NCBI GenBank assembly: GCA_965218375.1
Contig: OZ244618.1
Coordinates: forward strand, 1,917,009 to 1,981,008
DNA length: 64,000 nucleotides
Reading direction: 5' to 3'
Origin: Alphaproteobacteria bacterium
GTDB taxonomy: Bacteria; Pseudomonadota; Alphaproteobacteria; G965218375
Part shown: positions 1-11,381 of the stretch, in pieces
Numbering within the stretch: position 1 is the first letter of the stretch
How the letters are laid out: each line of letters starts with the position of its first letter
Program-made: the position numbers and the translations under genes
The notes under the pieces: generated by a model
What the model saw: the letters and a program-made list of their open reading frames with translations, nothing else
What the model was told of the DNA's origin: nothing
Databases searched by the model: none

Positions 1-429
1 ACTAGTTGATATGGGGCGACCGTCCGTGAAGATCATCGTTGCCCCGCGCAAAATCGACATGGCAACTAAGGTGGCAATAAATGGTTGGACATTAAAGTGA
101 CTAATGATGATGCCATTGGTTGCCCCGATCACGCCTCCAAGCACCATGGTCAGCAGAAGCGCAACCAGTAACGGCGTGTCATGGGAGATCATGCTGGCGC
201 ACATGGCACCAGTTAATGCGAGTATTGACCCAACAGATATATCAATCCCCACAGTAATAATGACAAACGTCATCCCTAAGGCAATAATTGCGTTAATGGA
301 GGTTTGTCGAAGAATATTGAGGAGGTTATCAATGGTTAGGAAATGGACATTAAGAAAAGACATTAAAATAATAATGAACATAAGCCCTAATAAAGGGATA
401 TTATTTCGTATATAGTTTTGCAGGGGCAT
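1..429 (-). CDS. rbsC: ribose-type sugar ABC transporter permease (runs off window start)
   Basis: Manual minus-strand translation MPLQNYIRNNIPLLGL...FLTIDNLLNILRQTSINAIIALGMTFVIITVGIDISVGS is a typical RbsC signature; follows rbsA; absent from the ORF track. Confidence 0.85.
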   Translation of the reverse strand, partial: MPLQNYIRNNIPLLGLMFIIILMSFLNVHFLTIDNLLNILRQTSINAIIALGMTFVIITVGIDISVGSILALTGAMCASMISHDTPLLVALLLTMVLGGVIGATNGIIISHFNVQPFIATLVAMSILRGATMIFTDGRPISTS

Positions 430-446
430 GGGAGATTTCTTTAAAA

Positions 447-1949
447 TTATTGCGGACTTGATATACAGTCTTTTAAAATATTTTCTTGTGTTGCGGTTTT
501 ATGGGTAAATGATCCAACGATTTGACCTTTTGACATGGTCAGAATACGGTCAGAAATTCCTAAAAGTTCTGGCATATCTGAAGATATAAGGATGATACAC
601 ATACCTTGAGACTTAAGTTTATTAATCAGCGAGTAAATTTCATAGCGGGCACCAATATCAACACCACGGGTTGGTTCATCTAATATCAGAATTTGCGGAT
701 ATGCCAAGAGGGATTTAGCGATGGAGATTTTTTGTTGGTTTCCTCCAGAGAGCAAAAAAACTGGTGTATTGATGCTCTGGGTTTTGATCTGGAGTATGGA
801 TATATAGTCTTTTACTTTTTGTTCTTCTTTCTTGGTATTAATAATCCCAAGAGCATGACAAATATAAGCAAGACCTGAGAGAAGCATATTGTGTTTGACA
901 CTATGAAACTGAATGAGCCCAATATGTTTACGATCTTCAGTGACATATCCGATGGAAGCCTGAACACCGTCATAGGGACTTTTTAGTTTTGTGATCAGCT
1001 TATGATTGATGGTTAAGGAGCCTAACTGTATTGGATTTGATCCATAGATAGCTTTTGCCAGTTCTGTGCGTCCTGCGCCCATTAATCCAGCAATTCCCAA
1101 GACTTCCCCATTATGGGCTTGGAAAGAGACATTTGAAATGTTCTGTGCAAACAAGTTTTGTACTTTAAGAATTGGCTCTCCAAGAACTGCGGGTGTGTAG
1201 GGGTACTGTTCCTCTAGGGTGCGCCCAACCATATGATGGATTAAATCATCTTCATTAATATCTTTGATATCTCCCGTGTGGACAACCTGACCATCTCGCA
1301 GCACGGTAATGTCATCACATATCTGAAAGATTTCTTTTAAACGGTGGCTGATAAAGACAATTCCTTTATCCTGTTTTTTAAGGTGGTCAATAATTCCAAA
1401 CAGAATCTTGGTTTCCTTATCCGTCAGGGCGTCCGTAGGTTCATCCATAATGATGATTTGAGCATTCAAGGACAAAGCCTTAGCAATCTCAATCATTTTT
1501 TGTTGGGCGAAACTGAAGGAAGATAAACGGGCTGTCGGATCAATTGATTGTTCCAACTGGTCAAGGTATTTTTGAGTTTCGGCAATCATTTTCTGCCGTA
1601 TAACAATCCCAGCTTTATTGACGAACTCACGTCCAAGAAAAATATTTTCATAGACCCGCATAGATTGAATCAAGGTAAGCTCTTGATGGATCATTGCGAT
1701 ACCAGACTTAATGGCATGGTGGGATGTGGGAAACTTAACTTTTACGCCTTTATGGTTATGAATAGTTCCGCTATCTGGCTGATATATCCCATTAATAATA
1801 CGCATTAAAGTTGACTTACCCGCACCATTAGCGCCAGTAAGAGCCATCACTTTACCCGCTGTAATGGTAAAATTAACGTCTTTTAAAATTGGAATTTTAG
1901 AAAATGATTTATTGATACTAAATAATTCAAGTAGAGCACGGGTCTGCAT
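447..1949 (-). CDS. rbsA: sugar (ribose) ABC transporter ATP-binding protein with two ABC domains
   Basis: GANGAGKST Walker A, MDEPT, LSGGNQQK, LDEPTRGVDIGA. Confidence 0.9.
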   Translation of the reverse strand: MQTRALLELFSINKSFSKIPILKDVNFTITAGKVMALTGANGAGKSTLMRIINGIYQPDSGTIHNHKGVKVKFPTSHHAIKSGIAMIHQELTLIQSMRVYENIFLGREFVNKAGIVIRQKMIAETQKYLDQLEQSIDPTARLSSFSFAQQKMIEIAKALSLNAQIIIMDEPTDALTDKETKILFGIIDHLKKQDKGIVFISHRLKEIFQICDDITVLRDGQVVHTGDIKDINEDDLIHHMVGRTLEEQYPYTPAVLGEPILKVQNLFAQNISNVSFQAHNGEVLGIAGLMGAGRTELAKAIYGSNPIQLGSLTINHKLITKLKSPYDGVQASIGYVTEDRKHIGLIQFHSVKHNMLLSGLAYICHALGIINTKKEEQKVKDYISILQIKTQSINTPVFLLSGGNQQKISIAKSLLAYPQILILDEPTRGVDIGARYEIYSLINKLKSQGMCIILISSDMPELLGISDRILTMSKGQIVGSFTHKTATQENILKDCISSPQ

Positions 1950-2182
1950 TTACATCATTTCCATTTTCTTATGTGTTCATCATAATTAAAGTATAAATAT
2001 TTTGGTTTACTTGAAAAAAAACTCGAGCAACGCCCTCGTATTATAAATTTAAAAAAACATGGATAATCGAGATTAATAGCGGAAATAGGCGGTGGGCACA
2101 ATAAAATAAAATTTTTTTTGGGCTCTCTATTTTTTTCTCATTGGAAAACCGTAAATTTTTCGCCCAAAGGACATGATATTTA

Positions 2183-2551
2183 AATGTCAGATAGTCTATA
2201 AGCCGGTTTCTGTACCGTTCTCACGGTGGCAATCATTCATCTGAGATATTTGTTACCAAATACCTTATGCGACTTACCCAAACGATAGGTCGGAAGCGGA
2301 CCTTGAGCATGCTCGCTCGTTTCTATTTAGTCTTGCACCTAATGGGGTTTACCATACCACAGGCGTTACCGCTTGCGTGGTGCGCTTTTACCGCACCTTT
2401 TCACCCTTACCCAAGATAGTATTCTTAGGCGGTTTATTTTCTGTAGCACTTTCCCTAGGATCACTCCCGCCGGGCGTTACCCGGCATCATGCTTCCGTGG
2501 TGTCCGGACTTTCCTCTGCCCTTAAGGACAGCGATTGCCAAACTATCTGAC
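2183..2551 (-). ncRNA. rnpB: RNase P RNA (type A)
   Basis: Minus strand has GAGGAAAGTCCGG, GGGAAAGTGCTACAGAAA, GGTAAACCCC and ACAGAAACCGGCTTAT; terminal P1 helix GTCAGATAGT/ACTATCTGAC. Confidence 0.97.
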
Positions 2552-2622
2552 TTTTTGACTATGTCAGAATACTTTGCAGATTACAAGTGGAGGGCGCGCG
2601 AAGTGGTATGCTGAAGAAGATT

Positions 2623-3471
2623 TTATGTGAAGTGGTTAGCATTGAGCAGGCGTTTATAGGCGGCATTGACGAGGGCGAGTTTTTTCTCTGCCGCTTCTCT
2701 TTGTTTTTCCGAAATTTTTCGCGCTATAGCAGTATCTGGATGCAAGGACATAGCGATTTGCCGATAGGCCTTTTTCAGGTCATCTTTGGTTGCTTGGGGC
2801 GTGAGGCCTAAAAGCTCAAAGTCTTTTTTATGTTTGATATTAAAGGTATAATTATAGTTAGTGTTCGAGTCATTGGGTTGGTAACGACGGATATTGGCAT
2901 CAAGATGTTTAACGGAAATATTTAGATTTTTAGCTATTTGGGTCAGAATACCATAGGTTATTGGGTGCAGAGTTTGGGGTTTAAGGGCCACTTGTACGAA
3001 CACATCAAGGGCTTGTTTTGCGGTCATTTGTTTCTCATCCAGCTGAAGCGATAGCTGTAAAGAGAGGGCGCTGACACCATTGATGGAACGTTTGGCTGAG
3101 TTGAACGAACTTTCTAATTGGGAAGTATTCAAGTTTTTTTTCGTTAAAATATTTCTGAATGTACGAATTTCTTCTTTGCTGACCTGGCCGTCAGATTTTG
3201 CGACTTTAGCAGCGAGTTGGGTAAGGGTAATGAGCCATGGTGGAGGCGGGGTGTTGTGAGCAGAGTGCTGCGTGCTGCTGTTGTTTTTGGGGTGCGTAGT
3301 GCGGGAGGAGCTCTTGTCCGTGTCGGCATGCTCTTGTTGGGACTTTCCCTGTTTATTTTTAGTATAAAACAGATCGAGTGCATGCCCCGTTAGGGCGCCA
3401 AAGATAATACCAGTGACGTCACGTAAAATATAAAATCCTAATAGTGCACCTATGATCTTGCCAGTTACCAT
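2623..3471 (-). CDS. djlA: DjlA-like co-chaperone (TerB-like plus J domain)
   Basis: N-terminal GKIIGALLG TM segment, AKVAKSDGQVS, C-terminal J domain with HPD. Confidence 0.85.
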   Translation of the reverse strand: MVTGKIIGALLGFYILRDVTGIIFGALTGHALDLFYTKNKQGKSQQEHADTDKSSSRTTHPKNNSSTQHSAHNTPPPPWLITLTQLAAKVAKSDGQVSKEEIRTFRNILTKKNLNTSQLESSFNSAKRSINGVSALSLQLSLQLDEKQMTAKQALDVFVQVALKPQTLHPITYGILTQIAKNLNISVKHLDANIRRYQPNDSNTNYNYTFNIKHKKDFELLGLTPQATKDDLKKAYRQIAMSLHPDTAIARKISEKQREAAEKKLALVNAAYKRLLNANHFT

Positions 3472-3621
3472 GAAAATATGACGAGTCTCTTAATAAGGGA
3501 TGAACGCAAATATATATATCGGTAGATAATCACTTATCTATTGTAAATTTTCAATAGGTTTTTGCTTTATACAGTTGTTCGGACTTTACAATTATATTGC
3601 CAAGGGACGTAAATGTAAGGA

Positions 3622-4587
3622 TTATTGGGTCTTGTATCCAAGCCATATTTGGATATTTAGGCCGCGACCTGGGATATGAATTGTTTCTAATTCTTGGATA
3701 TTATGGGCGCGGCAGAGGCTTTGAAGCTCATTAAAGGAGTACCCAAGTCTTTGGTGGTGAAATTTATTTTTTAAAGTTTCGTGGGTATGAGGAGCGAATT
3801 CTGTTATGAGCAACCGTCCTTTAGGATTTAAAATCTGTGCAGCTTGATTAATTATGCGCCCTGGGTCCTTGGCATACTGCAGGACGTGCCGCAGAATGGT
3901 GAAGTCGGCATTATATGCTTCTTCGGGCAGCAAGAAAATATTTCCAAGGTGGACTCTACAGTTACGTATTTTTTGTTGGTCGAGGTCATTACGGGTAATT
4001 TGCAGCGCTTGGTATGACGTCCCGATACCGACACCATAGGTGATTTTATCAGAACAGAGGGCGAGCATACGTCCACTCTTGATGTCTATTTCAACCATTT
4101 TATTGGGGGGCTCACTGGCAACCATCTGGAGAATGTGGTCTTCAATTTGTTGGTCTTTGTCGTTAAGTTTTTTAATAAAGTCACGCTCTTTAACTATATT
4201 AATGCGAAGAGAGGCGGCTTTTTCCTGTCGGGCACGTGTGATAATTTTCAGTTGCTGTAAATCGTGACTTAAAATTGTATCTTCTGAGGACACCCACCGG
4301 GATAAAAAGTTCATAAACATATGCGCATCAGGGGTATTCGCCAGCCGATAAAAAACCCATGGACCTTCTTGACTGCGCTCAAATATACCTGCACTGGTAA
4401 TATTCTTGAGGTGCTGGGATATTCTCGGCTGACTCTGTCCAGTGATTTGCGTCAGGTCGGCGACGGTCAAGTCACACTGAGCGCATAAATAAATAATGCG
4501 TAAACGCGTCAAATCTGATGCTGATCTCAAAAATTTTGACGCAGTTTTCAAATCATTTTTTGTGATATTAAGGAACTGATCTTCCAT
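3622..4587 (-). CDS. ArsR HTH / methyltransferase-fold fusion regulator (SahR-like)
   Basis: ArsR HTH (GQSQPRISQHLK...EGPWVFYRL) and C-terminal MTase fold ending FAPH...HQRLG. Confidence 0.8.
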   Translation of the reverse strand: MEDQFLNITKNDLKTASKFLRSASDLTRLRIIYLCAQCDLTVADLTQITGQSQPRISQHLKNITSAGIFERSQEGPWVFYRLANTPDAHMFMNFLSRWVSSEDTILSHDLQQLKIITRARQEKAASLRINIVKERDFIKKLNDKDQQIEDHILQMVASEPPNKMVEIDIKSGRMLALCSDKITYGVGIGTSYQALQITRNDLDQQKIRNCRVHLGNIFLLPEEAYNADFTILRHVLQYAKDPGRIINQAAQILNPKGRLLITEFAPHTHETLKNKFHHQRLGYSFNELQSLCRAHNIQELETIHIPGRGLNIQIWLGYKTQ

Positions 4588-4761
4588 CTGTTATCACTTC
4601 GTAAATAATAAAATATGCCTATGTTAATATAGGAAACATCATAAAGGACGAATCAGAAATTATCCATCATTTTAACGATGATATTTTAATAATTTATTAA
4701 GAGAGATGGCGGCGCGTTCTATTATCACAGGGGATGGTGCGATTGACCAGTCGGCTCGTAA

Positions 4762-6447
4762 TTATTGTGCCCGCGTTAATTTTTTATACTTGATACGCTG
4801 GGGAAGAGTCGCTGCACCTCCAAGACGCCGAATTTTGTCTGCTTCGTAGTCTTGGTAGTTCCCTTCGAACCATTCCACATGAGAGTCCCCCTCGAATGCA
4901 AGGATGTGGGTGGTAATGCGGTCAAGGAACCAACGGTCGTGACTAATAATCATAGCGCATCCAGCGTACTCTTCTAAGGCCTGTTCAAGGGCTTGCAGGG
5001 TTTCAACGTCCAAGTCATTGGTTGGCTCGTCAAGCAAAAGGAAGTTGTGGCCATAAAGAAGCGTTTTAGCAAGGTGCAGTCTATTGCTTTCCCCACCAGA
5101 GAGCATGCTTACTTTCTTTTGTTGTTCAGTGCCCTTAAAATTAAACGCGCTACAATAGGCGCGACTATGAATGGTGGTTTTACCAAGCTGAAGTTCATCA
5201 AGGCCACCAGATATTTCTTCGTAAACTGTGGCGTCCCTGTTCAGGCTATCTCTTGTTTGGGTGACATGACCAAGTTTGACGCTCTCCCCCCATTCGATAG
5301 TTCCACTATCTGGTGATTCTTGCGTTGTTAGAATATTGAAAAATGTCGTCTTTCCTGCACCATTCGCCCCAATAATCCCGACAATTGCACCTCGCGGAAC
5401 TGTTAAAGATAAGTCTTTAATGAGGACTTTATCGTTAAAAGTTTTGTTGATATTTTCAATTCTCAGAACCCTTCCCCCCAGGCGCTCAGCTATTGGTATA
5501 ATAATTTGTGAACGACTGGTTTTTGTATCAGTAGCTTTGTCAGCGAGTTCTTCATAGGCTTTGACACGGGCCTTAGATTTTCCTTGACGCGCTTTAGGGG
5601 ACTGGCGCACCCACTCAAGTTCTCGACTCAACCGTTTTTGCAGGTCATCATCGCTTTTAGATTCACTTTTCAGACGCTCTGTCTTTTGTTCCAGCCAAGA
5701 AGAGTAATTCCCGTGCCATGGAATACTGTGACCGCGTTCTAGTTCTAAAATCCATTCGCAAACATTATCTAAGAAATAACGATCGTGGGTCACGAGGAGG
5801 ACCATTCCATGATATTCTTGGAGGTGTTTGTCCAGCCACGCCACTGACTCCGCGTCAAGGTGGTTGGTCGGTTCATCGAGTAAAAGAATATCTGGCTTCT
5901 CTAGTAAGAGGCGGGCGAGGGCAACGCGGCGACACTCCCCCCCAGAGAGCTTAGTTATATCAGCATCTTTAGGTGGACAGCGCAGGGCGTCCATGGCGCG
6001 TTCAATAATATTGTCCAACTCCCACCCATCAACGGCATCTATCCTCTCCTGAAGGGCGCCTTGTTCTTCAAGGACTCTGTTCATTTCATCATCATCCATA
6101 GGCTCAGCGAATTTAGCGGAAAGTGCGTTGAACTTATCAACCATGTCCTTAATTTCACGTACGCCATCCATGATGTTTCCTGAAACATCTTTTTGAGGAT
6201 CAAGCTGTGGCTCTTGAGGCAAATACCCAACGGTTAACCCTTCGGCCGCCCAGCTTTCCCCATTATATTCAGTTTCAATGCCCGCCATAATTTTCATTAA
6301 TGTGGACTTTCCAGACCCGTTGACGCCGATAATGCCAATTTTTGCATTGGGCAGAAAGGATAATGTCATATTTTTGATGACATGTTTGCCGCCAGGATAA
6401 GTTTTATCTAAGTTTTTTATGATATAGGCGTATTGGTAAGTAGGCAT
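4762..6447 (-). CDS. ettA: energy-dependent translational throttle ABC-F protein EttA
   Basis: Two ABC domains, linker ELEWVRQSPKARQGKSKAR, C-terminal WFEGNYQDYEAD; start placed at MPTYQY rather than the upstream TTG. Confidence 0.93.
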   Translation of the reverse strand: MPTYQYAYIIKNLDKTYPGGKHVIKNMTLSFLPNAKIGIIGVNGSGKSTLMKIMAGIETEYNGESWAAEGLTVGYLPQEPQLDPQKDVSGNIMDGVREIKDMVDKFNALSAKFAEPMDDDEMNRVLEEQGALQERIDAVDGWELDNIIERAMDALRCPPKDADITKLSGGECRRVALARLLLEKPDILLLDEPTNHLDAESVAWLDKHLQEYHGMVLLVTHDRYFLDNVCEWILELERGHSIPWHGNYSSWLEQKTERLKSESKSDDDLQKRLSRELEWVRQSPKARQGKSKARVKAYEELADKATDTKTSRSQIIIPIAERLGGRVLRIENINKTFNDKVLIKDLSLTVPRGAIVGIIGANGAGKTTFFNILTTQESPDSGTIEWGESVKLGHVTQTRDSLNRDATVYEEISGGLDELQLGKTTIHSRAYCSAFNFKGTEQQKKVSMLSGGESNRLHLAKTLLYGHNFLLLDEPTNDLDVETLQALEQALEEYAGCAMIISHDRWFLDRITTHILAFEGDSHVEWFEGNYQDYEADKIRRLGGAATLPQRIKYKKLTRAQ

Positions 6448-6629
6448 TAGAGGCAAGACCTTTTTTGAACTAAAGTGAGCAGAAGACTGAAAATTTAGTG
6501 ATAGTTGTGCGATATTAGAATAATAATGTACGGCGTGTAGAGTAAAACACTCTCTGCATTTCTTCAATATAATTAATAGCTCAAATAGAGAAAAGCTATT
6601 TTTTATAAAACCTTTGTTGAAAACCCATT

Positions 6630-7343
6630 TTAATCAAGAATTACACCTTTTATTTTCAGACTTCGATTTGCGCCTGGGAAATCTGTAAACATCATATGTA
6701 AAAGGTGCGGGAAATGGGTGTAAGTTTCATTATTTTTAACCAAAGTAGACGTGGTCCTTTGGAAAATTGGTTTATTTTCAGCATCAAAAATGATCATTTG
6801 TAATGAAATTCGGTAGTAGGGAAATGTAACATAATCGTATCTTATAGGACAGTAAATGTCATAATCATGGGTAGGGTGATTATGAAACCCAAAGTGACTA
6901 TTTCGTTCGGCGCTGTTGAGGCTCATGCTAAAGCTGGCATGAGGTTCACGATAGGTCCTTACGCAGGGTTCATGTATTTTTATTTTTTTTGATTTAAGCT
7001 CTACAAGGGAGCGAAGTGAGTATTCAGCCACCAGTTCGGTTTCCGCACCTTGCTCTATTGTGGGATAGAGTCCATAGCCTTGGAGGTATTCAGAAATTTT
7101 TTGGCTGTAGTAGTTAAACTCCATATTTCTTTGTTGATCTTCATTCCTAGGACGGACAAGAATAGAGGTGCCGCTAAATAAGTTGGTTGCGGGCGAAAAT
7201 ATGGCAGGAGGAATACTATGATAAGTTTCTACTTTATATTGAGTTACAATTCCGCATGCATTTAAAAAAAGAAGACATCCTAAAAGGAGTGTGTACTGAA
7301 ATTTTTTCTTCATCAATTGAGTCCTTAAATGTTGAGAGAACAC
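6630..7343 (-). CDS. putative lipoprotein (DUF4136-like)
   Basis: MKKK, hydrophobic stretch, then lipobox LNAC. Confidence 0.55.
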   Translation of the reverse strand: MFSQHLRTQLMKKKFQYTLLLGCLLFLNACGIVTQYKVETYHSIPPAIFSPATNLFSGTSILVRPRNEDQQRNMEFNYYSQKISEYLQGYGLYPTIEQGAETELVAEYSLRSLVELKSKKIKIHEPCVRTYREPHASFSMSLNSAERNSHFGFHNHPTHDYDIYCPIRYDYVTFPYYRISLQMIIFDAENKPIFQRTTSTLVKNNETYTHFPHLLHMMFTDFPGANRSLKIKGVILD

Positions 7344-7532
7344 CTAATATGGTGTTTTTATCAATAATAACTTATCATGTAACGTAGCCTCATTATTAAA
7401 AAATAAGAGGCTTTCAACTACTTGAACGCAATTATATAGGTAAATAAATATATTAGGTAACTAAATAACTTGTAAATTATAGGTTATTTTTCCCCAGTAA
7501 CAAGATAAAATAAAAAAATATCAATTACCCTC

Positions 7533-7561
7533 TTGTTATTTTTAAAATAGCTGGTTATAAG
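7533..7561 (+). promoter_or_regulatory. putative sigma70 promoter of tRNA-Glu
   Basis: TTGTTA-N17-TATAAG ending 20 bp upstream of the tRNA. Confidence 0.5.
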
Positions 7562-7581
7562 ATTACTCACTTGAAAGACAT

Positions 7582-7656
7582 GTCCCCTTCGTCTAGCGGT
7601 TAGGATACTGCCCTTTCACGGCGGCGACACGGGTTCGAATCCCGTAGGGGATACCA
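7582..7656 (+). tRNA. tRNA-Glu (TTC)
   Basis: GTCCCCT/AGGGGAT acceptor stem, anticodon loop CTTTCAC, GGTTCGAATCC T-arm, encoded CCA. Confidence 0.97.
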
Positions 7657-7782
7657 CTTTAAAAATTTAAAGTGTAATCTTTTTCATGAGTTGGCTTTTA
7701 TTTATGGCTTTCATGATTACAAGTCTTGATGTAAGAATGGTTGTTATAGACTGATATTAAATTTTTTATAACAATCACCACT

Positions 7783-7820
7783 TAACACTCCTCACAGTTA
7801 TGTCGGGAGTGTTTTATTAT
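7783..7820 (+). terminator. possible intrinsic terminator downstream of tRNA-Glu
   Basis: AACACTCC...GGAGTGTT stem followed by a T-rich run. Confidence 0.4.
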
Positions 7821-7991
7821 TATATGACATATTATTTCTATTGCTTACCTACATAGTTCAAGGGGAGCGTTCCTCTTAAACTCTATGCACATAAATAAAT
7901 ATAATGCTACTATAGTAACAGTGTAGCGATATATTTCCGCCTTCGTCAAAGACCTCGTGTATGTTGCTTCTTTTTTTTTAGGGGTTAGGTT

Positions 7992-9035
7992 TTGTTAGAT
8001 CCTCAGTCGCACAATGATATTTATGGCGCAATTGATTTAGGAACAAATAATTGTCGCTTAGTTGTTGCGCGGTCATCTGGGAATGGATTTAAAGTCGTTG
8101 ATGCCTATTCTTCAATTGTGCGTTTAGGGGAAAAATTATCAAGTTCAGGACGTTTATCTGAAGGGGCAATTCAGCGCACTCTTAAGGCCCTAAGGGTATG
8201 TGCTCAAATTTTACAAAAACATCATGTACACCATGGACGTTTTGTCGCGACACATGCGTGCCGTCAGGCGACGAATGCGGCAGAATTTTTGCAGCGCGTA
8301 AAGAAAGAGGTTGGCATTGACCTTGAGGTCATCTCTCCAGAGCAAGAGGTGTGGTTGACCCTTGAAGGGTGTTGGTCTTTGGTCCGTCAGAGTACGGAAA
8401 ACCTCTTATTATTCGATATTGGTGGCGGAAGCGTTGAAGTTTTGTGGTTACCGCTGCAGGAAGGCAAACATGTGGGGGGGGCTTATACGTCCTATTCTTG
8501 GCCGTGGGGCGTGGTGAGCTTTGCGGATTCTGTTGGAGGAGGGCGTCTAAGTGATGCCAAGTACCAAGAGATTGTCAGCTATTGCTTAAAGCAGTTCACG
8601 GAATTTAGCCAAGAGAATAATTTGCTTTCAAAGTTGAGGCGTGAAAGCACCCAATTTATTGGCACATCGGGGATTTTGAATATCATCGCCCGGATGCAGA
8701 CTCAGGTTACGTTAGGTTTTGAGAAAAGTGTTGACGGTATGCGCGTGAATTTTGACGGCTGTCAAAATGCAATTAAGAAGATTCGAGATATGAAGTTTGA
8801 TCGCCGTATTCAGCACCCAAGTATTGGGTTTGAACGGGCGGATCTGATGGATGTTGGGTGTGCAATTGTAGATGCTATATTTCGAACGTGGTATGCCCGG
8901 GAAGTGTATGTGGCTGACAGGAATGTCTCTCAGGGAATTTTATTAGATATGATGCGCCGGCGGTCTGCCGCTCTGGGTGCGCAGGATCAGTTTTCTAGGC
9001 GTGATGGCATAAGTGAAAAGTTTAAGGTGAAATAA
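7992..9035 (+). CDS. ppx: Ppx/GppA family phosphatase
   Basis: AIDLGTNNCRL, VRLGE, VATHACR, DIGGGSVE, ERAD; upstream of rlmE. Confidence 0.88.
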   Translation: MLDPQSHNDIYGAIDLGTNNCRLVVARSSGNGFKVVDAYSSIVRLGEKLSSSGRLSEGAIQRTLKALRVCAQILQKHHVHHGRFVATHACRQATNAAEFLQRVKKEVGIDLEVISPEQEVWLTLEGCWSLVRQSTENLLLFDIGGGSVEVLWLPLQEGKHVGGAYTSYSWPWGVVSFADSVGGGRLSDAKYQEIVSYCLKQFTEFSQENNLLSKLRRESTQFIGTSGILNIIARMQTQVTLGFEKSVDGMRVNFDGCQNAIKKIRDMKFDRRIQHPSIGFERADLMDVGCAIVDAIFRTWYAREVYVADRNVSQGILLDMMRRRSAALGAQDQFSRRDGISEKFKVK

Positions 9036-9036
9036 T

Positions 9037-9828
9037 ATGACAAGTTTTCGTCCAGTACCTAGCAGGGTTTTAACGCGACTAAATGTTCAGAAATCCGGTA
9101 AACGTACAAGCGGTGCTCGGGAATTGAGCGTTAAAGTTAAAACCGCCAAGGGACGCCGGTTAAGTTCGGTCAGGTGGTTAAATCGTCAACTTAATGATCC
9201 ATATATTGCGGCGGCACGTCGGGAGGGGTATCGCAGTCGCGCGGCTTATAAGCTGCTTGATCTTAATCACAAATATTCGTTAGTGCGGCCGGGGCAAAGT
9301 GTGGTTGACTTGGGGGCTGCCCCCGGGGGGTGGACGCAAGTTCTGTGCAGTTTGACTCAGGCAGGGGATAGAGAGGGCGATGGCCAAGTTTTTGCCTTAG
9401 ATATTCTTGATATGGAGCCTTTACCCCATGTGACTTTGTTGAAGCATGATTTTATGTTAGAAGAATCCATCCGTCATCTTCATGATGTGGTTGGGGGGAA
9501 AGTGAACGGTGTCTTTAGTGATATGGCGGCGCCTACAACTGGAAATCGGACGACGGATCACTTGCGGACAATGGGGTTATGCGCCAGTGCTCTCGACTAT
9601 TCAATAGGGGTCTTAAAGGTTGGTGGTATCTTTGTCTGTAAAGTCTTCCAAGGGGGAACTGAACATTGTCTTCTTGACTGTATGAAAAAAGCATTTACCA
9701 CAGTCAAACATGCGCGGCCACCTGCAAGTCGAAAAGAAAGCAGAGAAGCCTATGTTGTGTGTATGGGTTTTAAAGGAAGTGAAAACAAATCCTATGAGTC
9801 TGCTGTGCAAGTATTACAAAATTTCTAG
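9037..9828 (+). CDS. rlmE: 23S rRNA Um2552 methyltransferase
   Basis: YRSRAAYKL, DLGAAPGGW, SDMA, KVFQG, SRKESRE. Confidence 0.95.
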   Translation: MTSFRPVPSRVLTRLNVQKSGKRTSGARELSVKVKTAKGRRLSSVRWLNRQLNDPYIAAARREGYRSRAAYKLLDLNHKYSLVRPGQSVVDLGAAPGGWTQVLCSLTQAGDREGDGQVFALDILDMEPLPHVTLLKHDFMLEESIRHLHDVVGGKVNGVFSDMAAPTTGNRTTDHLRTMGLCASALDYSIGVLKVGGIFVCKVFQGGTEHCLLDCMKKAFTTVKHARPPASRKESREAYVVCMGFKGSENKSYESAVQVLQNF

Positions 9829-9884
9829 ATGTAGTTATTTACGATTCCGGTCGTTTATTCTAATGTAAGATTTATTTAAAATAA

Positions 9885-11380
<1,496 letters not shown>

Positions 11381-11381
<1 letters not shown>

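Noticed and set aside
104-415. 103-aa plus-strand ORF and similar short shadow ORFs over housekeeping genes
   Set aside because: They are antisense or out of frame to well-supported genes (rbsC here).
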